A DNA stretch of 57,862 nucleotides from a virus (IMGVR_UViG_3300030108_003177:1-57862); one strand, 5' to 3'. Shown: positions 21,076-29,281, numbered from the stretch's first letter. Notes: generated by a model not told the origin, from the letters alone. Made by a program: numbers and translations.

Positions 21076-22586
21076 TGTTTCGTATATTCGGGCCCCCAGG
21101 TACAGGCAAGACAACAACACTGCTCAATATGGTAGACAACCATCTTAGCCAAGGTGTACATCCAAACCACATTGCCTTTCTTGCTTTCACAAAGAAAGCA
21201 GCCAACGAGGCCAAAGAAAGAGCAGCGTCTAGATTTAAACTAGATCCTGAAAAAGATTTGTTTTTCTTCAGGACTTTACACAGTCTTGCACTAAATTTGT
21301 CAGAAATAAGGCCAGAGCAAGTCTTATCACGAGAACATTTCCTAGAGCTGGGGCAGAAGATAGGTATATCGTTTGGACGTATCAGCGGTATGGATGAAGA
21401 TATTATTGATAAACAGAACAATGATCATCCGATACTAAACACAATTAATTTAGCACGGTTACGCAAAGTCTCACTACGACAACAATACAATGAATCATAT
21501 ATAGAAGATGACTGGAACACAGTAAACTACGTCCACAAATGCTACATCGAATACAAGAAACAACGTAACCTTTATGACTTCACAGATATGCTTGAGATGT
21601 TTGTCAAAGACTATGACCGCATCTGTCCGACTTTTGAGATTACATTTCTTGATGAAGCACAGGACTTATCGCCTTTACAGTGGGACATTGCCCACGCCTT
21701 GGATAAGAAAAGCAAAGCTATGTATGCAGCTGGAGATGATGACCAAGCTATCTACAGGTGGGCGGGAGCTGATGTTGATCAGTTTATTAATTTAGAAGGC
21801 ACCTCAGAAACGCTTGACCAGTCATTCAGAGTACCAAGACAGATACACAAGATCGCTGAATCCATTGTCGATAGAATTAAGCATAGGTATCCGAAACGCT
21901 ATCAGCCCAAAGAAGAAGAGGGCACAGTCAAACACATGGCACGACTTGATGACATTGATCTTACAGAGGGACAATGGCTGATCTTAGCTCAAGCGGGGTA
22001 CATCTTAAATCCAGTCGCAGAAACGCTCAAGTCTATGGGTCTGCTCTTCTCACACAAAGGCCATCGTTCTATATCTGCGAAGATATCTTCAGCTGTGAAT
22101 GGCTGGGAACAACTGCGTAAAGGTAAACAGATTACACTCGATACAGCAAGAGACGTTTACAGCTTCATGTCTAGTGGCACACGGGTCAAGCGAGGTTTTA
22201 AAAAATTAAGTGGCATAGATGATCAGGATTTGCTAGACATGGCAACATTACAGAACAGTCACGGACTTGTTGTAGGGGATGAACTTATATGGCACAAGGC
22301 ACTCGATAGATTGCCCGAAGAGTCAAGAGTATACATTACAGCCCTGTTACGCAGAGGCGAGAAGTTTAATGGCGAGCCTCGCATTACAGTATCTACGATA
22401 CACGGGTCCAAGGGCGGTGAGTCTGAAAATGTTGTGATATTCACCGACTTATCGCCCGCGGCTGACGATGCCATGCGGATTGGTAACGATGACGTACACC
22501 GCGTATTCTATGTAGCCGTTACACGGGCCAAACAAAATCTTTATATCATTGAACCTGATGACAACAATAGGAGCTATCACATATGA
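21075..22586 (+). CDS. UvrD/Rep-like SF1 helicase
   Basis: GPPGTGKT, DEAQD, GDDDQAIY, STIHGSKGGE, YVAVTRAK. Confidence 0.9.
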   Translation: MFRIFGPPGTGKTTTLLNMVDNHLSQGVHPNHIAFLAFTKKAANEAKERAASRFKLDPEKDLFFFRTLHSLALNLSEIRPEQVLSREHFLELGQKIGISFGRISGMDEDIIDKQNNDHPILNTINLARLRKVSLRQQYNESYIEDDWNTVNYVHKCYIEYKKQRNLYDFTDMLEMFVKDYDRICPTFEITFLDEAQDLSPLQWDIAHALDKKSKAMYAAGDDDQAIYRWAGADVDQFINLEGTSETLDQSFRVPRQIHKIAESIVDRIKHRYPKRYQPKEEEGTVKHMARLDDIDLTEGQWLILAQAGYILNPVAETLKSMGLLFSHKGHRSISAKISSAVNGWEQLRKGKQITLDTARDVYSFMSSGTRVKRGFKKLSGIDDQDLLDMATLQNSHGLVVGDELIWHKALDRLPEESRVYITALLRRGEKFNGEPRITVSTIHGSKGGESENVVIFTDLSPAADDAMRIGNDDVHRVFYVAVTRAKQNLYIIEPDDNNRSYHI

Positions 22587-22882
22587 AAACTTACAAACAA
22601 GGTAAGGCAGAATTAGATGCAGAGTTAAAGAGACTTAATAAAGCCATTAAAGATGCTAAACAAAACATTACTTTTGATTTCCATTGTCCTCAATGTGACA
22701 AAACAAAAAAAATTAAAGTTCATTTAGCAAATACTGGTCGAGGCGGTAAACGATATTGTAGCCATGTTTGTAGAAACAAAGCCTACAGAAACAGAAGACA
22801 AGCAATACAGTTAAAAAAGTTAGGATTAGCACATGAAAAAATCCATGAATTACAGCTACAAATAGATGAGTTAAAAAAATGA
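22583..22882 (+). CDS. Zinc-finger protein
   Basis: CPQC...RYCSHVCR followed by a coiled coil. Confidence 0.55.
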   Translation: MKTYKQGKAELDAELKRLNKAIKDAKQNITFDFHCPQCDKTKKIKVHLANTGRGGKRYCSHVCRNKAYRNRRQAIQLKKLGLAHEKIHELQLQIDELKK

Positions 22883-23196
22883 AAATTAATTATAACAGGT
22901 TTTACTACAATCCATTGCCTGATGAAGTTTGTATACAGGTCAGCCCCATTCATGGTCACGGCATTTACGCCACACAAGATATTAAGAAAGGCACAGACCT
23001 TGGTTCTACACATATCAAGGTGCCGATGATCCTGACTTACATAAGAACACCGCTTGGTGGTTTTATAAACCACGCAGATCAAGCTAACTGTTATCTAGAA
23101 TGTACACAAGACTGGGACGATTATCTTGTCTATAATATAATTACAAAGAGACCGATTAAAAAAGATGAGGAGCTGACGTTAAATTATGAAGTATGA
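22879..23196 (+). CDS. SET-domain protein (putative lysine methyltransferase)
   Basis: SPIHGHGIYA, GGFINH...NC and EELTLNY SET signature motifs. Confidence 0.85.
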   Translation: MKINYNRFYYNPLPDEVCIQVSPIHGHGIYATQDIKKGTDLGSTHIKVPMILTYIRTPLGGFINHADQANCYLECTQDWDDYLVYNIITKRPIKKDEELTLNYEV

Positions 23197-23479
23197 TGAC
23201 GACAAACCATATAGAGAAATGATACGAGATAAGTACAAAGAGGTAGGAGACATGATACGAAAACAAGATGAAACGGTAAACCATCCACCACACTACAAGC
23301 AGAACGCTGTTGAAGCTATCCATGTCATACAAGCTGGGTTAGGAGCTGGGTTTGCAGATTATCTAAAAGGTAATATAATGAAATATCTTATACGTTATAA
23401 ACATAAAAATGGTGTAGAGGATTTAAGAAAAGCTGAATGGTATTTGGCTAAATTAATAGAGGTAGAAAGTAATGTTTAA
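23186..23479 (+). CDS. DUF3310 family protein
   Basis: VNHPPHY...GN..KY..RY.HKNG.EDL.KA.WYL. Confidence 0.85.
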   Translation: MKYDDDKPYREMIRDKYKEVGDMIRKQDETVNHPPHYKQNAVEAIHVIQAGLGAGFADYLKGNIMKYLIRYKHKNGVEDLRKAEWYLAKLIEVESNV

Positions 23480-23672
23480 GGCAATGGCACTTATCTGTGC
23501 CGCATGGATATCAAACGGTCAAGCCAAACAAGCGTGTTTCACACATATGTTTGATTGGGAGTTTGAAACAAAGCGAGAATGTCAGATGAGACTGATCTAC
23601 TATCGGGCAAAAGAATTACCACATTATCACAACATTGTATTAGGCGAATGTATTAAAGTTAACAAACTATAG
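23472..23672 (+). CDS. Small Cys-containing hypothetical protein
   Basis: Hydrophobic N-terminus, F.T..EC motif; SD GAGG. Confidence 0.5.
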   Translation: MFKAMALICAAWISNGQAKQACFTHMFDWEFETKRECQMRLIYYRAKELPHYHNIVLGECIKVNKL

Positions 23673-23679
23673 GACTATT

Positions 23680-25572
23680 ATGACACTACAAATGGCAATG
23701 TTTACACCGAAGAGCGAGTGGATACCACCTGAGCAACTTCCTGATCTGTCTTCAGCCAAGACAATAGCAATCGATGTCGAGACCAAAGATCCCGATATCA
23801 AAGGTAGCGGTCCAGGTTGGCCTACAGGTAATGGAGAGATTGTAGGCTACGCCGTAGCTGTCGATGGTTATAAATGTTATGTGCCCATTAAACATCTTGG
23901 TGGCGGTAACCTTGATGAACGTATCGTCAATAACTGGATGAAGAAGATCTGCGAAAGCCCCGCTGATAAAATCATGCATAACGCACAATACGATGCGGGT
24001 TGGCTACGTCGCACAGGCTTTAAAATCAATGGCCGTATCATCGATACGATGGTTGTCGCATCACTTCTTGATGAGAACAGGTTTAGCTACAGCCTCAATG
24101 CATTAGCCTACGATTATATATCGAAGACCAAGTCAGAAAAAGGATTGACTGAAGCAGCACAGGAGTTCGGTGTTGATCCGAAAGCAGAGCTGTGGAAGCT
24201 ACCATCTATGTATGTTGGCCCCTATGCAGAGACTGACGCCGAAGTAACTTTAGAACTTTGGAATTGTTTCAAGGCTCTTATACAAAAAGAAGACCTACAA
24301 TCTATCGTTGATCTTGAGCTGGGCGTCCTACCTGTCCTTATCGATATGACATGGAAAGGTGTTCGTATTGATACAGACCGCGTTGAACGTACAAGAGACT
24401 ATTTGCTCAAAGAGGAAAAGAAAGTTTATTCACAGATCAAGGACCTTACCAATGAAAACGTAGAGATATGGGCAGCCGCTTCGCTTGCCAAGGCTTTCGA
24501 TAACGTCAGCCTACCATATCCAAAGACCGACAAAGGTGCACCAAGCTTCACGAAAGCGTTCCTTGCAGAACATACACACGAACTACCAAAGCTGATCCTC
24601 AGATGCCGTGAGCTCAACAAGACGCACGGTACGTTTATCAGCACCATCATGAAGTATACCACGCCTCAAGGCCGTATACATGGACATATCAATCAGATTA
24701 GATCGGATGACGGTGGTACAGTTTCAGGACGTATCAGCATGAACCATCCTAACTTACAGCAGATACCAGCCCGCGATCCACAGCTGGGGCCAATGATACG
24801 CTCGTTGTTTCTACCTGAAGAAGGAGCCAAGTGGGCTAGTTTAGATTATTCGCAACAGGAACCACGGATCTTGGTTCACTACGCTCATGCTTACGCCCGA
24901 TCACAGAACCACGACATGAAAGGCGTCAATGAGTTTGTAGACGGTTACATTAATGATCCTAACATGGATTTCCATACGATGGTAGCTGAAATGGCAAAGA
25001 TACCACGAAAGCAAGCCAAAACGATTAACTTAGGTTTGATCTATGGCATGGGCGTAAATAAGCTGTCAGATCAACTCGATATACCTGTAGATGAAGCCAA
25101 AGGTTTAATACAACAATACCATGACAGAGTCCCGTTTGTTAAACTTTTGATGAACGGCGTCATGAATAAGCTAAACAATCGCACTAGCTCAGGTTCGATT
25201 CGCTCTATACTTGGTCGTAAGTGCAGATTTGACCTTTGGGAGCCTGATACGTTTGCTCTAAACAAGGCTCTGCCTTATAAAGAGGCGGTCAATGAATATG
25301 GGCCAACGACAAGATTAAAGCGAGCTTACACTTACAAAGCACTTAATAGACTGATCCAAGCTTCAGCAGCTGACATGACAAAGCAAGCTATGGTAAATAT
25401 TTATTCTGAGGGAATTATCCCGCTGATTCAAATACATGACGAGATAGCCGTATCATTTACTTCAACTGATGAGACAAAAAAGGTTGCATCTATTATGGAA
25501 GACGCGGTAAAATTAAATGTCCCTAGTAAGGTCGATGTGGAAGTGGGGCCTTCATGGGGCGAATGTGAGTAA
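23680..25572 (+). CDS. polA: DNA polymerase family A with 3'-5' exonuclease
   Basis: IDVET, HNAQYD, PNLQQIP, DYSQQEPR, AKTINLGLIYG, IHDE. Confidence 0.95.
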   Translation: MTLQMAMFTPKSEWIPPEQLPDLSSAKTIAIDVETKDPDIKGSGPGWPTGNGEIVGYAVAVDGYKCYVPIKHLGGGNLDERIVNNWMKKICESPADKIMHNAQYDAGWLRRTGFKINGRIIDTMVVASLLDENRFSYSLNALAYDYISKTKSEKGLTEAAQEFGVDPKAELWKLPSMYVGPYAETDAEVTLELWNCFKALIQKEDLQSIVDLELGVLPVLIDMTWKGVRIDTDRVERTRDYLLKEEKKVYSQIKDLTNENVEIWAAASLAKAFDNVSLPYPKTDKGAPSFTKAFLAEHTHELPKLILRCRELNKTHGTFISTIMKYTTPQGRIHGHINQIRSDDGGTVSGRISMNHPNLQQIPARDPQLGPMIRSLFLPEEGAKWASLDYSQQEPRILVHYAHAYARSQNHDMKGVNEFVDGYINDPNMDFHTMVAEMAKIPRKQAKTINLGLIYGMGVNKLSDQLDIPVDEAKGLIQQYHDRVPFVKLLMNGVMNKLNNRTSSGSIRSILGRKCRFDLWEPDTFALNKALPYKEAVNEYGPTTRLKRAYTYKALNRLIQASAADMTKQAMVNIYSEGIIPLIQIHDEIAVSFTSTDETKKVASIMEDAVKLNVPSKVDVEVGPSWGECE

Positions 25573-25599
25573 AATCGCATAACAATCCTCCAAAAGTAA

Positions 25600-25625
25600 A
25601 AGGCCCAGCGTAAAAACTGGGCCTT
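25600..25625. terminator. Hairpin 1 after polA
   Basis: AAGGCCCAG-8 nt-CTGGGCCTT. Confidence 0.55.
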
Positions 25626-25680
25626 AGTAACATTGATCTTTATAAACTAACAGATAAAATACTTTATTACAACTCAAAAA

Positions 25681-25715
25681 GTAAAAGGCTCAGAGCAAAT
25701 CTTGAGCCTTTTTAC
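25681..25715 (+). terminator. Hairpin 2 after polA (intrinsic terminator-like)
   Basis: AAAAGGCTCA...TGAGCCTTTTT; related in sequence to hairpin 1. Confidence 0.6.
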
Positions 25716-25807
25716 CATTTACACCCCTCAAATGTTTTCAATACTAAAAAGGAGAAAAATTGAGAGACTTAAAAAGTACTAAATAAAATAGTTAATTGCA
25801 ACCTTTT

Positions 25808-25843
25808 TCTTGTAATATCTTGTAAAATCGCATAATATCTTAG
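25808..25843. promoter_or_regulatory. Operator-like array of four 10-bp-spaced hexamers overlapping promoter TTGTAA-17-TAATAT
   Basis: TCTTGT, TCTTGT, TCGCAT, TCTTAG at 25808/18/28/38, directly upstream of the RHH gene. Confidence 0.55.
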
Positions 25844-25859
25844 AAAAAACGAGGTTTAC

Positions 25860-26066
25860 ATGGATACAAATAAATGGAAAAGCGTTCTTGTGCCAAAAGA
25901 TGTGTATGAAAAGATAAAAGTTATCGCAAAGACAGAAGGCCGTACCATTGGCGGCCAGCTGAGACACATCTTCTCACAGTATAAGTCAGAAGATCAGGCT
26001 AGAGTTGAAGAGATGGTTGACGCTCACATGAAGCGAAAAAGTCAGTCAGCTGTATCAGCCGAATGA
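25860..26066 (+). CDS. Ribbon-helix-helix DNA-binding protein
   Basis: Beta-strand KWKSVLVP, helix DVYEKIKVIAKTEG, then RTIGGQLRHIF. Confidence 0.65.
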   Translation: MDTNKWKSVLVPKDVYEKIKVIAKTEGRTIGGQLRHIFSQYKSEDQARVEEMVDAHMKRKSQSAVSAE

Positions 26067-26317
26067 AAACCCTCTTTCTGCATTAATTTAGAGGCCGTAA
26101 CGCCCAAATTATATAAAGCGTCCGTCATGGGCCCGTCTGACGCTTTCTTACCTCTACTCGTTACAAACAGCTCTACAGGTTCTTCCGTATCAGGATGATA
26201 CGATACTGTTATGGATAGGCCCTCTCCTACATCAGTCGTGATGCACGGCCTACGGTTTGGTAATTTTGTGTGATTCGGTATGTTCATTTTTTCCTCTTCC
26301 TTTTGTTCTACTGACAT
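26042..26317 (-). CDS. Stand-alone TSCPD/NrdJb-like domain protein
   Basis: LPNRRP..T, ITVSY...PVELF...GK, AS.L.Q pattern of the class II RNR C-terminal domain. Confidence 0.55.
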   Translation of the reverse strand: MSVEQKEEEKMNIPNHTKLPNRRPCITTDVGEGLSITVSYHPDTEEPVELFVTSRGKKASDGPMTDALYNLGVTASKLMQKEGFHSADTAD

Positions 26318-26423
26318 GAGCTACTTTCCTTTGTATTTTGTAACAGGTACAACCGCTTGAATACTTTTTTCGTCCACATTGATGGCAAATGACACACGGC
26401 TCTCCTCTGAAAACTTGATTCAT
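26250..26423 (-). CDS. Small Cys-rich protein (57 aa, not in ORF track)
   Basis: MNQVFRGEPCVICHQCGRKKYSSGCTCY...; AAAGG upstream. Confidence 0.35.
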   Translation of the reverse strand: MNQVFRGEPCVICHQCGRKKYSSGCTCYKIQRKVAHVSRTKGRGKNEHTESHKITKP

Positions 26424-26516
26424 AAACCTTTAACTATAAATAACTTTTTACAAATTAATAGACTTGACATCAAAAAAAGTTATAATCGAATCATAACAAC
26501 CGCAGAAAGTTTACAA

Positions 26517-26996
26517 ATGGACCCTGTAACGATTACCGCGGCTCTAAGTGTTGCAAAATCGGCCTTTACGGCGATCAAAAATGGATTCGCCGTCGGAAAA
26601 GATATAGAATCTATGGGAAAAGACCTATCACGCTGGATGGGAGCCCTAAGTGACGTCGATAATGCCGAAAAAACCACGAAGAACGCGTCAGCTCTACAAA
26701 AATTATTCAAGGGCAAAGAAATAGAAGCCTCGGCCATCGAAGCTTTTACAGCTAAAAAGAAACTGGAACAGCAAAGACAAGAGCTGAAGACCTTTATTAA
26801 TTTTCATTACGGAGCTAATTCTTGGAATGAAATACTTCATATGGAAGGACAGATACGAAAGCAAAGGCAAAAAGAAATCTATGAACGCCAAGAACTGATT
26901 AGAAAAATATGGGAATGGATTGGTATTGTTGTGCTGTGTGCCTCGATTATAGGATTTATTACGCTGTTAGCTTATCTTTATATAAATAAAAATTGA
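26517..26996 (+). CDS. Hypothetical protein with C-terminal transmembrane helix
   Basis: MDPVT start preferred over the track start; promoter-like TAGACT-16-TATAAT at 26459-26486. Confidence 0.6.
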   Translation: MDPVTITAALSVAKSAFTAIKNGFAVGKDIESMGKDLSRWMGALSDVDNAEKTTKNASALQKLFKGKEIEASAIEAFTAKKKLEQQRQELKTFINFHYGANSWNEILHMEGQIRKQRQKEIYERQELIRKIWEWIGIVVLCASIIGFITLLAYLYINKN

Positions 26997-27021
26997 CACA
27001 TATGTGATCATATGCGATAAC
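26993..27021 (+). promoter_or_regulatory. Promoter for the candidate sRNA
   Basis: TTGACA-17-GATAAC with extended TG; same geometry and TATGCGA.AACT sequence as the promoter at 29226. Confidence 0.5.
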
Positions 27022-27025
27022 TGGT

Positions 27026-27162
27026 GTTGAAAAAGAAACAATAAAACTACCTTTTTCAATTATTCTTTATTAAAGACCTTAATTTAAAATAAGAATAATA
27101 ACTATATAATGTGTGATAAAAACTAGCTGCATAGAACTCCTCCGTTTTATGCAGCTTTTTTA
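27026..27162 (+). ncRNA. Candidate trans-acting antisense small RNA (three hairpins, unpaired seed, anti-SD loop)
   Basis: Stems 27026-35/27051-60, 27061-67/27091-97 and 27125-37/27144-56 plus U-tract; loop UCCUCC; seed 27102-27117 is complementary to early-gene leaders. Confidence 0.6.
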
Positions 27163-27163
27163 T

Positions 27164-27215
27164 TTGACATACTAAATTATATGTATAAGATATATCGCAT
27201 AACACATTATAGGAG
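27164..27215 (+). promoter_or_regulatory. Promoter, operator-like site and conserved leader
   Basis: TTGACA-16-TAAGAT; ATAAGA-N4-TCGCAT; ACACATTATAGGAG. Confidence 0.55.
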
Positions 27216-27220
27216 ATGAT

Positions 27221-27373
27221 ATGGCAAATAAAATAGATCTGTTGTCGATGTTTCAAAAGAAACACTTACTTTTAATCTACCGATTAGAAGATCTAGTGCG
27301 TAAAAATAAAAAAATGATTTGTACAAAAGAAATAGAAAAACTGCTTAAAAAGGCAGAGAACGTAAATGACTAA
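27221..27373 (+). CDS. Small hypothetical protein (50 aa, not in ORF track)
   Basis: MANKIDLLSMFQKK...; SD AGGAG; overlaps the MTase start. Confidence 0.5.
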   Translation: MANKIDLLSMFQKKHLLLIYRLEDLVRKNKKMICTKEIEKLLKKAENVND

Positions 27374-28091
27374 ACAAAATAAAACACACGCTGTTATGAG
27401 CCAAAGGCATGAGGATAAGGAGAGTAAAGATTACTTTCCTACTCCGCCTTGGGCAACAAGAGCTTTGTTTGAGAAAGTTTTAAAAAAATATTGGCGTATA
27501 CCTGATAAATTTACTGGCCGATATGGACATATAGATTGTTTGGAGCCAGCTTGCGGAGCTGGTCACATGACAAAAGTATTAAAAGAGTATTTTGATACAG
27601 TTGTTTCAGCTGACATAGATGATTATGGCCAAGACCGAATCGCCGATTTCCTTAAAACAGACGAAAAACAGAAGTATCATTACATTGTAACCAATCCACC
27701 GTTTAACCTGGCTGAAGAATTTGTATTAAAAGCATTAAAACAAGCAAGATACTGTGTTGCTATCTTTGCAAGAACACAGTTTTTAGAAAGTGTAGGAAGA
27801 TATGAAAGATTATTTAAAGAGACACATCCTGATTTTGTGGCTCAGTTTACAGAGCGAGTACCAATCCTTAAAGGAAAGCTATCGGCAACGGCGTCCACAG
27901 CTACGAGCTATGCTTGGTTTGTTTGGAAAGGCTTTGAAGAAGATGAAAGGTCGTTTGGAACAGATTTGGTTTGGATACCACCATGTAGAAGTCAGCTTGA
28001 AAAGGAAGGGGACTACGAAGAGAGTTTGGCAACACCATATCCTCGATCCACAAGTCACGCCTCGCAGAGAGACTTATTTCCAAAAAATTAA
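27366..28091 (+). CDS. DNA amino-methyltransferase (probably N6-adenine)
   Basis: DYFPTP, LEPACGAGH (SAM binding), TNPPF (catalytic motif IV). Confidence 0.85.
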   Translation: MTKQNKTHAVMSQRHEDKESKDYFPTPPWATRALFEKVLKKYWRIPDKFTGRYGHIDCLEPACGAGHMTKVLKEYFDTVVSADIDDYGQDRIADFLKTDEKQKYHYIVTNPPFNLAEEFVLKALKQARYCVAIFARTQFLESVGRYERLFKETHPDFVAQFTERVPILKGKLSATASTATSYAWFVWKGFEEDERSFGTDLVWIPPCRSQLEKEGDYEESLATPYPRSTSHASQRDLFPKN

Positions 28092-28147
28092 AAACGCCTT
28101 TATATATAGACAGAAAAATAAAAAAAATAATTTTATTAAAAAATAGG

Positions 28148-28249
28148 TGTAACTAGTGTAACCATGTAACTTTTACTCTGTATCCCTTTATATATAAGGA
28201 TTATAGCAGTTACATATATGGTTACATCACTAATATACAAATATGTAAC
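28148..28249. repeat. TGTAAC/GTTACA iteron-like cluster; candidate replication origin
   Basis: TGTAAC at 28148, 28157, 28165, 28244; GTTACA at 28209, 28221; AT-rich near-palindrome between them; non-coding. Confidence 0.5.
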
Positions 28250-28330
28250 TATACTGTTAAATCAAGTTTGGCCTTATAAGAGCCTAAAAAGTTTTTTGAA
28301 AAAAAATAATTTCTGTTATATATATAAGAT

Positions 28331-28915
28331 ATGAGTATTTTAAAACCTTTGAAAAAAGGAAGAGGTCGGCCAAAAGTCGATATACATAGCAAGCTTTCTC
28401 GTAAACAAGAGAAGTTTGTTAAAGAGCTTGTCTCTAATGATGGTATGATAACCATGAGAGAAGCTGCAATAAATGCTGGCTTTCCAGCTTCTTCAGCTCA
28501 TACAAGAGCTTACGAAATGACTAATCCTGAAATCTGTCCTCATGTTGTTAGAGCAATTCAACTTTACAGAGATGAACTGGATGAAAAATATGGCGTTAAT
28601 TACAAACGTCATTTAAAAGATTTGCAGACAATTAGAGACAGAGCTTTAGAGAATGGTGCATATTCAGCCGCAGTTCAGGCTGAGTATAGAAGAGGACAAG
28701 CACAAGGTAATATCTATATTAATAAATCTGAGATCAGACATGGCACGATTGATAGTATGTCTAAAGATGAAGTAATAAAAGCTCTCAAGGAGATTAAAAA
28801 TTCGTATGAGCCAAAAAGAGTTGAGGGAGTTATTGACCACGAGAACGCCACCTCAACCGAAGAAGGAAAACGGCTTCTATCAGGAGATCAAAAGAGCAGT
28901 AGAAAAACTGCCTGA
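28331..28915 (+). CDS. terS: Terminase small subunit
   Basis: LSRKQEKFV...AAINAGF HTH, AAVQAE..RG...G.Y and IDSMSKDEV, typical of TerS. Confidence 0.7.
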   Translation: MSILKPLKKGRGRPKVDIHSKLSRKQEKFVKELVSNDGMITMREAAINAGFPASSAHTRAYEMTNPEICPHVVRAIQLYRDELDEKYGVNYKRHLKDLQTIRDRALENGAYSAAVQAEYRRGQAQGNIYINKSEIRHGTIDSMSKDEVIKALKEIKNSYEPKRVEGVIDHENATSTEEGKRLLSGDQKSSRKTA

Positions 28916-29240
28916 TAATATAATCCTGACAAGAATAGAAAACTGGATGACATTAGGCATACCTGATTTACTTGTCTGTGATGCAAAAGGTAAATTTCAT
29001 TTTATAGAATTAAAAGTTACGGTTGGTAATGTTGTTAAACTTTCTCCAAATCAGGTAGCTTGGTTAACTCGGCATGGACATGGTTCAGCTTGGATTATGG
29101 TAAGAGGACGAGAAGATTTATATCTGTATCAAGGTAAAGATGCAGTAGAGTTGAGAAGCAAAGGCCTTCAGCTTAAACCTTATCTACAACTTAAATATCC
29201 TTTTGACTGGAAAAAACTTTTTGATTTGACAATAAATTAA
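28806..29240 (+). CDS. PD-(D/E)XK nuclease (resolvase/VRR-NUC-like)
   Basis: RIEN...GIPDLL...FIELK...LSPNQ.AW. Confidence 0.75.
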   Translation: MSQKELRELLTTRTPPQPKKENGFYQEIKRAVEKLPDNIILTRIENWMTLGIPDLLVCDAKGKFHFIELKVTVGNVVKLSPNQVAWLTRHGHGSAWIMVRGREDLYLYQGKDAVELRSKGLQLKPYLQLKYPFDWKKLFDLTIN

Positions 29241-29276
29241 AAGTATGCGACAACTCTTATACACATTATATAGGAG
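29226..29276 (+). promoter_or_regulatory. Early promoter with operator-like site and conserved leader
   Basis: TTGACA-17-GACAAC (extended TG); ATGCGA-N4-TCTTAT; ACACATTATATAGGAG. Confidence 0.6.
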
Positions 29277-29281
29277 ATTGT

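Noticed and set aside
26379-26516. Track's N-terminal extension of ORF 26379-26996
   Set aside because: It overlaps a promoter-like element and a divergent small ORF; MDPVT at 26517 is the more plausible start.
27041-27060. 17/20 complementarity to the RBS region of the Gp88-like gene (35942-35961)
   Set aside because: Half of it lies in stem 1 of the candidate sRNA and the sequence is very AT-rich, so chance cannot be excluded; not counted as evidence.
27802-28146. Alternative-frame ORF overlapping the methyltransferase
   Set aside because: Mostly nested in a well-supported gene, with no recognisable motifs.
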